The translations under genes were made by a program, and so were the position numbers. Under the pieces are notes generated by a model. It had not been told where the DNA came from and ran no database searches. It saw nothing but the letters and a program-made list of their open reading frames with translations. A stretch of DNA of 64,000 nucleotides from Pelagomonas calceolata (taxonomy: Eukaryota), in NCBI GenBank assembly GCA_918797485.1, contig CAKKNE010000002.1, positions 2,046,001 to 2,110,000 on the forward strand, given 5' to 3'. This document shows, one piece after another, positions 42,701 through 50,916 of the stretch. Positions within the stretch are counted from its first letter, which is position 1, and the number at the start of each line of letters is the position of its first letter.

Positions 42701-42925
42701 AACCAGAAGGCAATTCTGAAACAACTCTATAGATTTGGGTTGGCCGATTCCATCAACGACCAGGACTACAAAGGGAATACAGCATTACACTACGCGCAGA
42801 TGTACGGCTATACCCAACTGGCGGAGTACATGGTCTCGAAGTTGGGGGCGGACGAGACGTTGGTCAATCGCGACGGGGCGTCGGCGTGGATCAACGTCGA
42901 GGAGGCCACCGAAGTGGCGGACTAA
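36713..42925 (+). CDS. Large Pro-rich protein with RanBP2-type Zn finger, many IQ motifs and C-terminal ankyrin repeats
   Basis: WACPLCTFRNSPQSETCATC; repeated A...IQ...RG; GHTLAMVAAQN, DYKGNTALHYA. Confidence 0.85.
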   Translation: MPRAPPGGKPRPPPTRPKMQSVGEDDSDEESFAFVVPSRHGSPREPSPRIPVLYNVGKEKPRPPPGRPPVKKDASAAVAAANAMWDAMATDPEALAGQNALATDPIIRGAQRDSFDDYIGARRLSDDLGDDFPADDETTANAFVVPSRSQSRSRKPAPPKKPPPTKKRAAPVESLSSDSDSSLSDSDDSGVGFVVPTKHKAQPSQAAIERARRASQGRREASSSEGRRDEESKPSSQAVERAKAASMRAKMAHKPAPPKGPAPPMARPSAPLSVATEGTLSRTGSFRGPPPRGPRPPRGPPPRTNSSSSLVRTGSQQHLVRKDSWRDVHQGLERKDSFREPPKMPRTASSQNLTRAGSSQNLVRKGSFRAPPPGQPRPPGRPSTSDGRGLKAPSHAQLAAARWAARKGPSGAQALAAAERREPPPRGMVPPGAAPGFNQEGPRPPQNRRERAEAAPARASLQQEKPRSMSPAPPSKAPDLRDARAARLAAQHAGGGNKRRKLEDDEDDDVGKRVAMRRPASTENLFDTGDLGAPWRDPAPTLALTRKASQHNLTRAASAANVMGLEEPLLQTVARDLARQNSRQDVLKRPASTNNMALPDRVTVRKRAPPGTPSHRSPPSHPPPTQNKGKAPPGPPPGPPPGHKLHIPGRSAPAKRSAPPTPKANRPAAPSQPPGKDPIFDTGVITKRSTGRAPPPREGRPPPEKETALVIKKKPVPSLDLGSWACPLCTFRNSPQSETCATCHRARGDAEKAAEKLWAGPPAPSTTGRPPPPPKPRAAPLIDSRPEEDALATKRRLLYYRKKPPPKRPKIMRPPRAPGTQPPAHALPAGVVYKESPRRKRRRERQQRRKAHAVQSKHFTSTYNKDWEDARASRPLSLRETADRGFKTAQSALDAVPEGVVLNELRDIGGVPCGITVIQKEWRAVVHAVDLERGDEYSASSELHARYVEAAAPTPDQKINLYRELVDACAFRSTLEGRRKAQRKLEVMPSPRLSAAQKQGGRVCVLRERLVVSGALVEVSARARSKPDVVELRLRDPASKLEAALTFPLVAAPRLAKVAYDSHVVKVRERLLATEHLDWETPWAAAAAARAGPAFPGDSVEPSRDVRATVAMAVEFACHELDMSMVDENRKTSLKLKPSPVLVAQIAEGCRHARAAVVLQKNARGMSARSPEGQAARAERLRRDASKILQALIRMRFAKRRAAIRRESIRREIRRREKKAATSLQSVVRVAQAKCLSKMLRYLKKDAARAKKVAAIAMAKMRDRERRAAQLAIYRTARARMQIQRWSRQAIQNMRRRKREERLRRIEAARLQAEKDALERKRAAINIGRMLRGWVAQQIVTRLLWEKYELEKAASTSIQCMIRCWFARYELAVRDYERLACRAIQALCRGVLERKIIRQDRASDTIARFWRCVDAKTTARIILEHNRKELLQRASQFAQEAIDADRRYADAVAAKLLTDKIQQERAMAVIKAMRCASESAVIARRRRSTCKELANEIRDAIRTRASTTLQCFIRRLLAGAETRRRRELKKALGIAAMVRRKKAEKEAKEQAIARKKAKRENARRALIRFQSAWRAHQARQVYLVKYVQRHACIQFQSLVRRSQAQRKIGNLKAKQSEIIEKKLQAHAALVFQNCLRRKLARNLLLTKRFVRDDRILAEKTAQAAKAELSRLAQEAEVQRLKDEAEALEREIREAEENEKKKAEEEARKLRELKEEAARKAKEKEEQDRRDAMEAKLRAEAEALIQNNAARNIQRTARGRQLRVWMAWEAQQAEEARLEAEAQNDQAWREWGASIIQAWYRRLVTLQSEANERAWNYWAASIVQTWWRERLAITNIEAANAMWQRQQQQKEEQRQRMATIAQKAMARESARSQAMARKKKAAQEWNREMENQGGSRPGSAFTWADATPRDTARSESHFSPRGGLDTARSDATDVSDISDAGRFVDEFDADDKQDVEKLFRAVRHGRRDAIRQYTEKGFDVNLRNKHGHTLAMVAAQNNQKAILKQLYRFGLADSINDQDYKGNTALHYAQMYGYTQLAEYMVSKLGADETLVNRDGASAWINVEEATEVAD

Positions 42926-43140
42926 CTTTGTATTGTGTTATCCCGTACTAGTGCTAAGCAGCCGCGCGCCGCCGTCGGCCGGCGGGCACGCAGGTGTCGT
43001 ACTTCGCGCGCCCAGCCGTCCGAGGACGTGCCGGGACGCCTCTTGGGCCGGAAGATCGGGTGCGCTGCCTGCCCGCGCGTGTTGGGCGGTTTCTTCCGCG
43101 GACACGGCCGCTTCACTATAGGATGTTGGAATTGCTAAAC

Positions 43141-43910
43141 TTAGCTAAACAAAGGCGCCTAATGCCGCCCGTAACTCGGCACGCGGGCATCCTCGTGCAA
43201 AACACTTAGTGTACGCCGTAGGCACGGGCAGCCGGGCTACGCGTTGCAAAAAACGCGGCAGCAATTGGGCTGCCTCTCGCCGAGAAAACGGCCAAAAACC
43301 ATGCAAAAAGCCATGCGATCGTCTTTTTTGGCGCCGTTTCGAGCCGATCGGGCCACCGCAGCGTCGGACATCGTAAAGCATGTGGCCGCGGACGATTTAA
43401 AACACTAAACAGGGGCAGCGGTCCGTGGGATGTCAGTCTATGCGTGGTCCGCGTTTACGGCGAGAACGCGGCTTCGGGCGAAAATCGCGCCCGTGGGTCG
43501 CGAGATTTGGCAGAGGCCTTCTCAGCCACCATGACGTGCATACGAGGGGCGTCGAGGGCTGTGTTGAGGACCACGGGGAGCAGCAATGCCTGGAGCGCGT
43601 CGCGGCGGCGCCGTGGGCTCGAAATCTCAAAAGTTATGAGAACGTCACGTCGATATCGTCAGTAGGCATGGTGATGGAGCGAAAACGGCCGAAGGTTCTC
43701 ATAACTTTTGCGCTCACGGCGGCTGAGAGGGCTATATGTCCGGCCAAATGGGCAGCCCCTCTCGCTCCCAGGAGCGCCCGCGAGCTGCTACTTTTTTGCT
43801 CATCCGCGAGCTGGGACATCGGACGACGTGCTGCGGCCGCGCTTCCGCTGAAAACAGGCGCGGCGACCGGTGAACTCCACCATTCACGCTGCGCGTTTAG
43901 CTAAACAAAG
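43141..43910. repeat. Gene-free segment bounded by 14-bp direct repeats and containing a perfect 16-bp inverted repeat
   Basis: TTAGCTAAACAAAG at 43141-43154 and 43897-43910; CAAAAGTTATGAGAAC (43628-43643) and GTTCTCATAACTTTTG (43695-43710). Confidence 0.6.
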
Positions 43911-44228
43911 CTAAACTTTTGGCATGCGCCGCTGGCGATTTGAGGCTTCCCGTCCGCGGCCCGGAGGCCCTCAGGCACGGGATCTTACGTATAATGCGCT
44001 TTTATTTCCAAAATCCCTAATCTCGGCTTTTGGTGCTACCGTGCGGAGCAGCGCCTCGCAAAAAGCTCCAGCTCTCCGAGCAAAAGCTGCCAGATCAGCA
44101 CGCAGGTCGTCCGCCGACGCCAGCGCGCACCAGTTCAGCAACTTACGCAAGTCTAAGCGAGCGCCGGGCAGCACCGGGCAGCCCGACAGACCAGCTAAGA
44201 GGCAGCACAGACACACCCACAAGCAACC

Positions 44229-44861
44229 ATGGGCGCCGGCGCGAGCGCCGAGACGAAGATCACGAAGAGCGACGCGCTCATGGCCGTGCACGAGGCCTTC
44301 CATGGGAAAGGCGACGGCGAGTTATCCATCCAGGAGATCGTCTCCGCGGCGCCGGCGCCGACACCCAAAACGGCGCCCGCGAGCTCGCAGGACTGGAGCG
44401 CCATGTTACGGGCGCCGCCGGACCCTTCCGTGGCGGCGCGCTACGCGGCCGAACATCGCAAGGCCGTCGATGTGCCGAAGCGGCTGCAGCTCGCCTTACA
44501 AGATGAGGGCGCCATGTTCCGGCTGTGCACGCACTTCCAGCGCAAGGAGGACAAGAATTCCGATGGAGGGTTGACCATGGACGAATTTACCCATTTATTC
44601 AATCAAATCGACCCGGACGCCCCGAACGAGATCATCCAGGAGATGTTCACGCTGGCCGACACGAACCAGATGGGGTCCGTCGACACGTGGGAGGTCATGC
44701 CCATCATGCACCGCATGATTAATCACGCCCTTCATACGCGCATCACGGAAGAATTGCGCAAAGCCGTGGTGGAGATTTATGAAGCGGACATCAACGTCAC
44801 GGCGTCTTTACCAAGCAACAACGACGGCGACCTGGCCGGTTCGCTGTCCAAGTTCGCCTAG
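44229..44861 (+). CDS. N-myristoylated EF-hand calcium-binding protein
   Basis: MGAGASA start; EF loops DKNSDGGLTMDE and DTNQMGSVDTWE. Confidence 0.8.
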   Translation: MGAGASAETKITKSDALMAVHEAFHGKGDGELSIQEIVSAAPAPTPKTAPASSQDWSAMLRAPPDPSVAARYAAEHRKAVDVPKRLQLALQDEGAMFRLCTHFQRKEDKNSDGGLTMDEFTHLFNQIDPDAPNEIIQEMFTLADTNQMGSVDTWEVMPIMHRMINHALHTRITEELRKAVVEIYEADINVTASLPSNNDGDLAGSLSKFA

Positions 44862-44993
44862 AATTCGCACGCGCGACGCGACGGTCGACGCCTAAGTCCT
44901 ATGTCCTAAGTTCGAACCCTCCACCCCCTTACGAAGCGCGCGAGGAATCGCGCGAAACCCGCGAGCGTCTGTCGAAGCGCGCCGGGCGAGCAG

Positions 44994-45014
44994 CTAGCGG
45001 CTGTAAGGCACTAG
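44994..45014. promoter_or_regulatory. Bipartite CTAG upstream element
   Basis: CTAGCGGCTGTAAGGCACTAG(CAAGC) upstream of the ankyrin/WW gene. Confidence 0.65.
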
Positions 45015-45090
45015 CAAGCGAGACAAGTTTTTGGGCTGCCCCAGGGCGCACCAAAAGCCTTAAGGGTCGCTCGAAGCGCTGCCATAGATC

Positions 45091-46899
45091 ATGGCCCACC
45101 CCCGCGCGGCAGATGGCACGCTCGACGCAGTCAACGAGCAGCGCCAGACGCCGCTCCTCCTCGCTGCCGCCGCGGGCTCGTCCCAGGCCGTCCAGCTCCT
45201 GCTGCGCCACGGCGCGGCCGTCGACGCGCGCGACGCCCGGGGCCGCGCGGCGCTGGACCTCGCGTGTGCGGCAAGCAGTGAAGCCTGCGTCAGCATGCTG
45301 CTGGCGGCCGGCGCGACGCCCAACGCCACGGACAGCGAGGGCGCGACGCCGCTCCATCGCTGCGCCGAGGTGGGGGCGACGGCGTGCGCCCGGGCTCTGT
45401 TAGCTGCCGGCGCGACGCTCGAGCGCGACAAGAGGGGCGACTCGCCCCTCCACGTCGCCGCCGTCCGCGGCCACGTCGACTGCATGAAGTGTCTAGTACT
45501 GGCGTCGAAGAACCATGGCGTAGACACGCCGCGCGCGGCCGACATCCGCCAGTCGCTCGCCGACGCTCCGCCGACGCCGCCGGCGTTGGACTGGATCCGC
45601 TACGCCTACGAGGACGGGACGCCCTACTGGTACAACCCCAAAACGGACGAGTCGCAGTGGCACGAGCCGGGCACGGCGCCGCCGCCGGAGGATGCGTACG
45701 CCTACGACGAGCCGGTGTTTTCGCCCGTCCCCGTCGAGGCGCCTGCGCCGCGCGACACGCCGGCCTTCTCGCCCGTCGACTCGGCGGCGCCCGTCGACTC
45801 GGCCGCGCCCTTCGAGACGCAACGGCCGCCGGCCTTCTCGCCCGTCGACGCGGCCGTAGAGACGCGACCGCCGGCCTTTTCGCCCGTCGAGTCCGTCGCG
45901 CCCGTCGAGACGCCGCAGCCGCTGCCGCTGGACCCGCGGTCGCCGCCGGACGACGACAGCGACGGCGACGGCGACGACGCGCCGCCGCCCTGGGAGGACC
46001 CGCGGTCGCCGATGCGCGCGAAGCGCGACTACGTCGACGGCCTGGGCCAGCCGGCGGTGCCGCCGACGCCGCACAACTCGCGCACAAGCCTCGCCGAGGA
46101 CGCGGTGCCGCCGACGCCGCACAACTCGCGCACGAGCCTGGCGGAGGACTTCGAGGTGCAGCTTCCGGAGCCGCCCGTTGAGGAGAAGCAGCCCGAGAGC
46201 GACGCGGAGTCGGACGGCATGCGCGCGCAGCAGCGCCACCTCGACATCTGGGAGCGGTTCCTCACGAACGCCGCGACGCGCAAGTTCTCGGGACCGCGCC
46301 GAGACCCCGCCGCCGATAAGTTACTCGCGGCGGCAGCCGGCGACGGCTACGACGATGCGGAGGCCGCGAAGACCATTGGCGAGCTGCTGGCCGGGGGCAC
46401 GGCGCCGGACGCGTCCGACGAGCAGGGGCGCCGGCCCCTCCACCACGCGGCCTTCGCCATGGCTTTAGATAGGTGCCAGCTCTTATACGACGGCGGCGCG
46501 GACGTCGATGCGAGCGACAAGGGTGGGAATAGACCCCTGCACGTAGCGGCAGCTAGAGGGGCGACGGCTATCGTGGACTTCTTGCTGGGCTGCGCGGCGT
46601 CCGTCGACGCGTCGAACGACGACGGGGACCGGCCGCTGCACCTCTCGGCGTGGATGGGCCACGCCGACGCGACGGCGCGGCTCATCGAGGGCGAGGCGAA
46701 CGTCGACGCGCTGAACGGCCAGGGCTACGACCCGCTCGACAACATCCTGGAGCGGTCGCCGTGCGTCGCGAAGCAGCGCGCGCGACTGCTCGCCGGCAAG
46801 CGGCCGAAGCCGCTCCCCGGGCCGTTGAGGGCCACCGTCCAACTATTGGAAGAAGTGCGCGTGCGGCGGTCCGGAGGCGCAGTCATCGAGGAATTGTAA
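45091..46899 (+). CDS. Ankyrin-repeat plus WW-domain protein
   Basis: TPLLLAAAAG, GATPLHRCA, GDSPLHVAA; WW domain WIRYAYEDGTPYWYNPKTDESQW.EP; a second ankyrin block; duplicated AVPPTPHNSRTSLAED. Confidence 0.85.
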   Translation: MAHPRAADGTLDAVNEQRQTPLLLAAAAGSSQAVQLLLRHGAAVDARDARGRAALDLACAASSEACVSMLLAAGATPNATDSEGATPLHRCAEVGATACARALLAAGATLERDKRGDSPLHVAAVRGHVDCMKCLVLASKNHGVDTPRAADIRQSLADAPPTPPALDWIRYAYEDGTPYWYNPKTDESQWHEPGTAPPPEDAYAYDEPVFSPVPVEAPAPRDTPAFSPVDSAAPVDSAAPFETQRPPAFSPVDAAVETRPPAFSPVESVAPVETPQPLPLDPRSPPDDDSDGDGDDAPPPWEDPRSPMRAKRDYVDGLGQPAVPPTPHNSRTSLAEDAVPPTPHNSRTSLAEDFEVQLPEPPVEEKQPESDAESDGMRAQQRHLDIWERFLTNAATRKFSGPRRDPAADKLLAAAAGDGYDDAEAAKTIGELLAGGTAPDASDEQGRRPLHHAAFAMALDRCQLLYDGGADVDASDKGGNRPLHVAAARGATAIVDFLLGCAASVDASNDDGDRPLHLSAWMGHADATARLIEGEANVDALNGQGYDPLDNILERSPCVAKQRARLLAGKRPKPLPGPLRATVQLLEEVRVRRSGGAVIEEL

Positions 46900-46908
46900 T
46901 TAATGTCT

Positions 46909-47961
46909 TTAAACTTCGACGGTCCCCGCGACGACGTAGCTGTGCCTTCGATAGATGTCGTTCGCCATGCTCGTCGACTGGCGCCAGCGCGGGCTCCGGA
47001 AAGGATTGGGCCGACACGTCCTCACCCGACAAACGAGCTCGTATACTTCGAGCTCCGCCTTGAGCTCGGGCAGCGAGTTCGTGAAGAAGGCGATCGGCTT
47101 GCCGGCCGGTAGTTTTTCGAGCGAGGGGCCCCAGTCGTAGGCGTCGACCTGTGCGCAAATCAAGCAGTGAATCGTCGATGGCGTGCAGGTCATGATTCAT
47201 GCACCGGCGTCGACCGTAAGCCCGAGATTAAATCCAATGATGGCGTCCGCCGTAGTTAGAATGTCCTCCGCCGTCTCACATAAATAATCCAGTCGCACGT
47301 CACAAGTCTCCTTCCAGGCCTCGGTCGGTTCTTGGGGCGAGAGCTCGGGGCCGACCAGGACGACGGTGAACGACCCGCGCAGCCCGGCCTGGCGGAAGCA
47401 GCTCAACCACACGTGCGGTGCGGCCGCCGCTTCCGCATCGGACGCGCCCATGATGACGATACGAATCGCGTCGCTCTGGGCGCGTCGCCGCACCTTGCGG
47501 AACGGAGATAGAGCCGTGAGGCAATGCGCCACGCTCAACGGATAGGACATGGTCTCCGCGTAGGCCCACGCCGGCGGCGTGATCTCCACGACCCCGAAGC
47601 CGTCGTTCGCGAGCCGCGCCAGGCCCAGCTCGTCTCTCTCAATGGATACGGGCTCGCCGTCGTCCTTCAACATGTCGATGCGGCGCAGCACGCGCATCGA
47701 GGGCGCGCGCGCCTTCGCGTCCATAAGCATGTGGTGCGCGCTGCAGTAGCGGACGCGGCGCGACACGGGGCAGACCTTGGTGATGAACTGGCGCGCGCAG
47801 ACGGCGCAGCAGTTGATGCCCGGGGCCAGATCCGGGTTGTTCGCGAGCCGAGCGTCCGCTTGCGGGTAGTATCTGCCATTATTGCCATCTCTGGCCCGCA
47901 GATCGGCGCGCTGCAGGCGCGCTGCGCGCTTGCTGCGGCGGCGGCCGGCGTGGAGGCCCAT
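46909..47961 (-). CDS. MYND-like Zn finger / MSS51-C-like protein (exons 47961-47215, 47148-46909)
   Basis: CAVC...CPVSRRVRYCSAHH; SYPLSV, IVIMGASDAE, LVGPEL; spliced GFNLGLT|VDAYDWGPSL; NPFRSPRWRQS. Confidence 0.75.
47149..47214 (-). mobile_element. Introner-like intron: 58-bp element with TIRs plus one copy of a perfect 8-bp TSD
   Basis: Minus strand: GTCGACGC [CGGTGCATGAATCA...TGATTTGCGCACAG] GTCGACGC. TSDs at 47207-47214 and 47141-47148; removal restores the reading frame. Confidence 0.85.
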
Positions 47962-48046
47962 CAGCACTATAGGAGTTTCAGTTGTATGCAATCGCTGATG
48001 CAAATAGTGCTATTGCCAGAGTTGTGGGTCCGAGGGCCATCGCTCG

Positions 48047-48068
48047 CTAGTGTCTTACTGTACGCTAG
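48047..48068. promoter_or_regulatory. Bipartite CTAG upstream element
   Basis: CTAGTGTCTTACTGTACGCTAG, divergent region. Confidence 0.65.
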
Positions 48069-48208
48069 CTCGCTTGGAAGACCAAAGCCATTTTTTGCCA
48101 TTCCAATCGCTGTGGTAGCCTAAGAACTGTTTACGGAGTGCCATTGCCCAATTCCATCGCTGCTGCGTGCACGCTAGCCGCCCGCGGCACCCGCGGAGCC
48201 CCTAAACC

Positions 48209-48676
48209 ATGAGTGAGCTCGCCGCGGCCCCCGCGCCTGCAGCCGACGACGACCCCCTGAAAGGCGAGCCCACGCCCGAGAGCCAGCAGGACGTGATACG
48301 GATATTCAACGGCTTTAAGCGCGACGCCCAGATGATCATCTCCAAAGTCAGTGAATTGGAGTACGAGATCGGCGAACACGAGTTAGTGGTAGCGAACGCG
48401 CGGGAGCTGCCCGACGACCGGAACGCCTACCGGTTGGTAGGTGGTGTATTAGTGAAGACGACCGTGGGAGACGCGCTGCCGAAGGTGCAGCAGAACATGG
48501 CGAACATTCGCGCGACGATCGACAAACTGAAAGTAGCATTGGCGTCGGTCAACGCCAAGTCGGCGGCCTGGAAGGAGAAGTACGGCATCAAGACGCAGCA
48601 GGAGATGGAGCTCGAGAAGAGGAATGCGCAGGCCTCGGGGGGAGCGGTGAAGGCCGCGACGGGGGTGCTCGCGTAA
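48209..48676 (+). CDS. PFDN2: Prefoldin subunit 2
   Basis: SKVSELEYEIGEHELV, DRNAYRLVGGVLVKTTVGDALP, WKEKYGIK, C-terminal GVLA. Confidence 0.92.
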   Translation: MSELAAAPAPAADDDPLKGEPTPESQQDVIRIFNGFKRDAQMIISKVSELEYEIGEHELVVANARELPDDRNAYRLVGGVLVKTTVGDALPKVQQNMANIRATIDKLKVALASVNAKSAAWKEKYGIKTQQEMELEKRNAQASGGAVKAATGVLA

Positions 48677-48750
48677 AATTTTAGAGAAATACTACCCCGC
48701 GGCGATGGCGTTACCCCGCGCGCCGTCGCCGCGACGTTTAGTAGACATAC

Positions 48751-50532
48751 TTACGGGTACGTCGTCCGCGGCGCCCAGTCGATCGTCACGATGCGCGGTC
48801 TAATAACGGTATCCAGGTGCGTCTCGGGCTGGCAAGGCCCGTACACTCTCGTGTTGTTCAGGTTCACTTCAAAATAACCGTCGTACTGGTTCATGCACTT
48901 GCACTGCTTCATGCCCGGCTCGTTCGCAAATCTACCAGGAGGACAGCGCAAACAGTCGAACTTCGAGGCACTTCCAACATTCACGTTGAACCGGCCGGGC
49001 TCGCATTTCACACAAGACTCCATAAACCTACCACCTTCGTCCTCCCTAAACCGCCCGTGGGGGCAGTTGTCGCATCTGGTCACGTGGTGGTAGTCGACGT
49101 CCCGGTACTTGCCCGGCGGGCAGCGGTGCATGATCTCGTGTTGACAATAAGATCCCGGTTGGCACCGCAAGTTGCCTATCGAACACCCGTCGTAGCACTC
49201 GAAGCGCGCCACTTCTGCTCGATCCGAGTAGCCCGGCGTCACGTCGTAGGTATACGTATCCTGGCACACCTTGCGACAGCCCGCTACGGTCCGGTTGAAA
49301 TAGAACGCCGCGCAGCCGAACTCGCAGAAGCCCGCGTAGGCCGGGTTGCCGACGGGCGCGCCGACGTGCGGGTGCGGTAGGGTTGTCGTCGGTCGCGTGG
49401 GGCCGTACGGTCTCCGAATCTCATCAATGACGGTGCAGTTCGCGTTATCAATACACCCGATCGACGACGACAGATCGAGTCCATCATACGCGTTCGCCTC
49501 CCACCACGGCGTGAGGCCGTGCGACAGACCAACTATGGTTTTGTTCTTCGTCGCCCAGTCGCCGATGTCCAGCCAGGACATGCGTATCTGGCCCGTTTGG
49601 ATGTATAAGGCAATTTGATATTCCTTCGAGCCGTCGGGCTGCTTGAAACTAATCACTATTCTTTCTTCAGGAGTACCTCTTAGTGATTCAGAAATGTACT
49701 GCATCTTGAATATAGTTTTATTGGCGGGCATGTTGTCGACACACAAGACACAGGCCGCATCTCTAATCCAGAAGCCTGACCCGCCCTTCCACTCGCCGCC
49801 TACCCTTCTTTGGTCGCCGATAAACCGTTCATCATACATAAATTGATTGACATCATCCCAAGCTGTGGGTAATCTCCCCGAGTACGTTTCTTCGTCGGCT
49901 CTATACACTGAGAGTGATGGATACGAGACGGCTTTAAAACCAATGGCGCCATAGCCATACAACCTTAATCTGTTGATCTTATGCCCATAAAAGTCAAAGT
50001 ACTTCGAGGTCTTGGCACACTTCGAGAACGGCCTACCGGCGCATTCGCCTCGACCGGCAGTACCGGCGGGCACGTTGGAATCGATGTACGCCGGCCCTTC
50101 CGGCTCGATGTAGATCGTGCCCGTCTCATCTGGATTGACTGGAACCTCAAAAGCATCAGCAGCGGACGGATCATCAGGTAATGTCGCCGCGTCGATGCAG
50201 GCCTGGTCTCTCGGCGGCTTCGGCCCCCTATCACAGATGATGTCGCCCTTCACCGAGTAGCCCTCACCTTCCGTCGCAAACCACTGGTAGGACATGCGAC
50301 TGTGGTTCGAGTTGTTGCAGGGCGTGAACATCATCGTCATGTACTCCAGGTCGAAGACGACGTCGTTCCCGTCGAAGCCGTCGAAGATTTGTAAAGGGCC
50401 GTCGCGGACCGGACACCAGCCCTCCTTTCTCGATAATTTACATTCGGCGTTGCAGGTGGCTAGCGTTTGATGGCTTTGGTGGATCAAGGAGGAGGCCGTG
50501 GCCGCGAGCAGGACGCGGTGCGGTAACCCCAT
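48751..50532 (-). CDS. Secreted Cys-rich protein with GCC2_GCC3/ephrin-receptor-like repeats
   Basis: MGLPHRVLLAATASS leader; CPPGKY, CDNCPHGRF, CVKCEPGRF, CLRCPPGRFANEPG repeats. Confidence 0.7.
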   Translation of the reverse strand: MGLPHRVLLAATASSLIHQSHQTLATCNAECKLSRKEGWCPVRDGPLQIFDGFDGNDVVFDLEYMTMMFTPCNNSNHSRMSYQWFATEGEGYSVKGDIICDRGPKPPRDQACIDAATLPDDPSAADAFEVPVNPDETGTIYIEPEGPAYIDSNVPAGTAGRGECAGRPFSKCAKTSKYFDFYGHKINRLRLYGYGAIGFKAVSYPSLSVYRADEETYSGRLPTAWDDVNQFMYDERFIGDQRRVGGEWKGGSGFWIRDAACVLCVDNMPANKTIFKMQYISESLRGTPEERIVISFKQPDGSKEYQIALYIQTGQIRMSWLDIGDWATKNKTIVGLSHGLTPWWEANAYDGLDLSSSIGCIDNANCTVIDEIRRPYGPTRPTTTLPHPHVGAPVGNPAYAGFCEFGCAAFYFNRTVAGCRKVCQDTYTYDVTPGYSDRAEVARFECYDGCSIGNLRCQPGSYCQHEIMHRCPPGKYRDVDYHHVTRCDNCPHGRFREDEGGRFMESCVKCEPGRFNVNVGSASKFDCLRCPPGRFANEPGMKQCKCMNQYDGYFEVNLNNTRVYGPCQPETHLDTVIRPRIVTIDWAPRTTYP

Positions 50533-50699
50533 AGTGCTGCCCCTGGCTCCAGACGCACTGGCTGCCCCTAGGCGCGCCGCTGGCTTACCCACCCTGCACG
50601 GACGCTCTGGCGGCTGCTTTCTTGATCTCTCCCTCCCGTCGTAGTGGCGTCGTCTGCGCGAGTCCACGGCGTAAGGCCAGCGCTGTTACGCTGATAAAA

Positions 50700-50719
50700 C
50701 TAGTGTGTCGATACGCTAG
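50700..50719. promoter_or_regulatory. Bipartite CTAG upstream element
   Basis: CTAGTGTGTCGATACGCTAG upstream of the Cys-rich gene. Confidence 0.55.
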
Positions 50720-50916
50720 CCCTCGCACACCCCGACACCGGTGACGCGGCACATGAATCGGCGACGTGCGGTGTCTGCGCCCGCCGCCGACTAGTCCTAG
50801 CACCGTAACATAAACACGCACCCGGAACAGAAATCCCGGACGACGCGCCGAGTCGTCCGCTCTATGAAGGCGCGGCCCCGCGCCCGCCGCCGAAAAATCG
50901 GCGACTAAATAGAAAA

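Noticed and set aside
46054..46149. Short coding tandem duplications (AVPPTPHNSRTSLAED x2; also 17254-17365)
   Set aside because: Ordinary in-frame slippage in disordered linkers.
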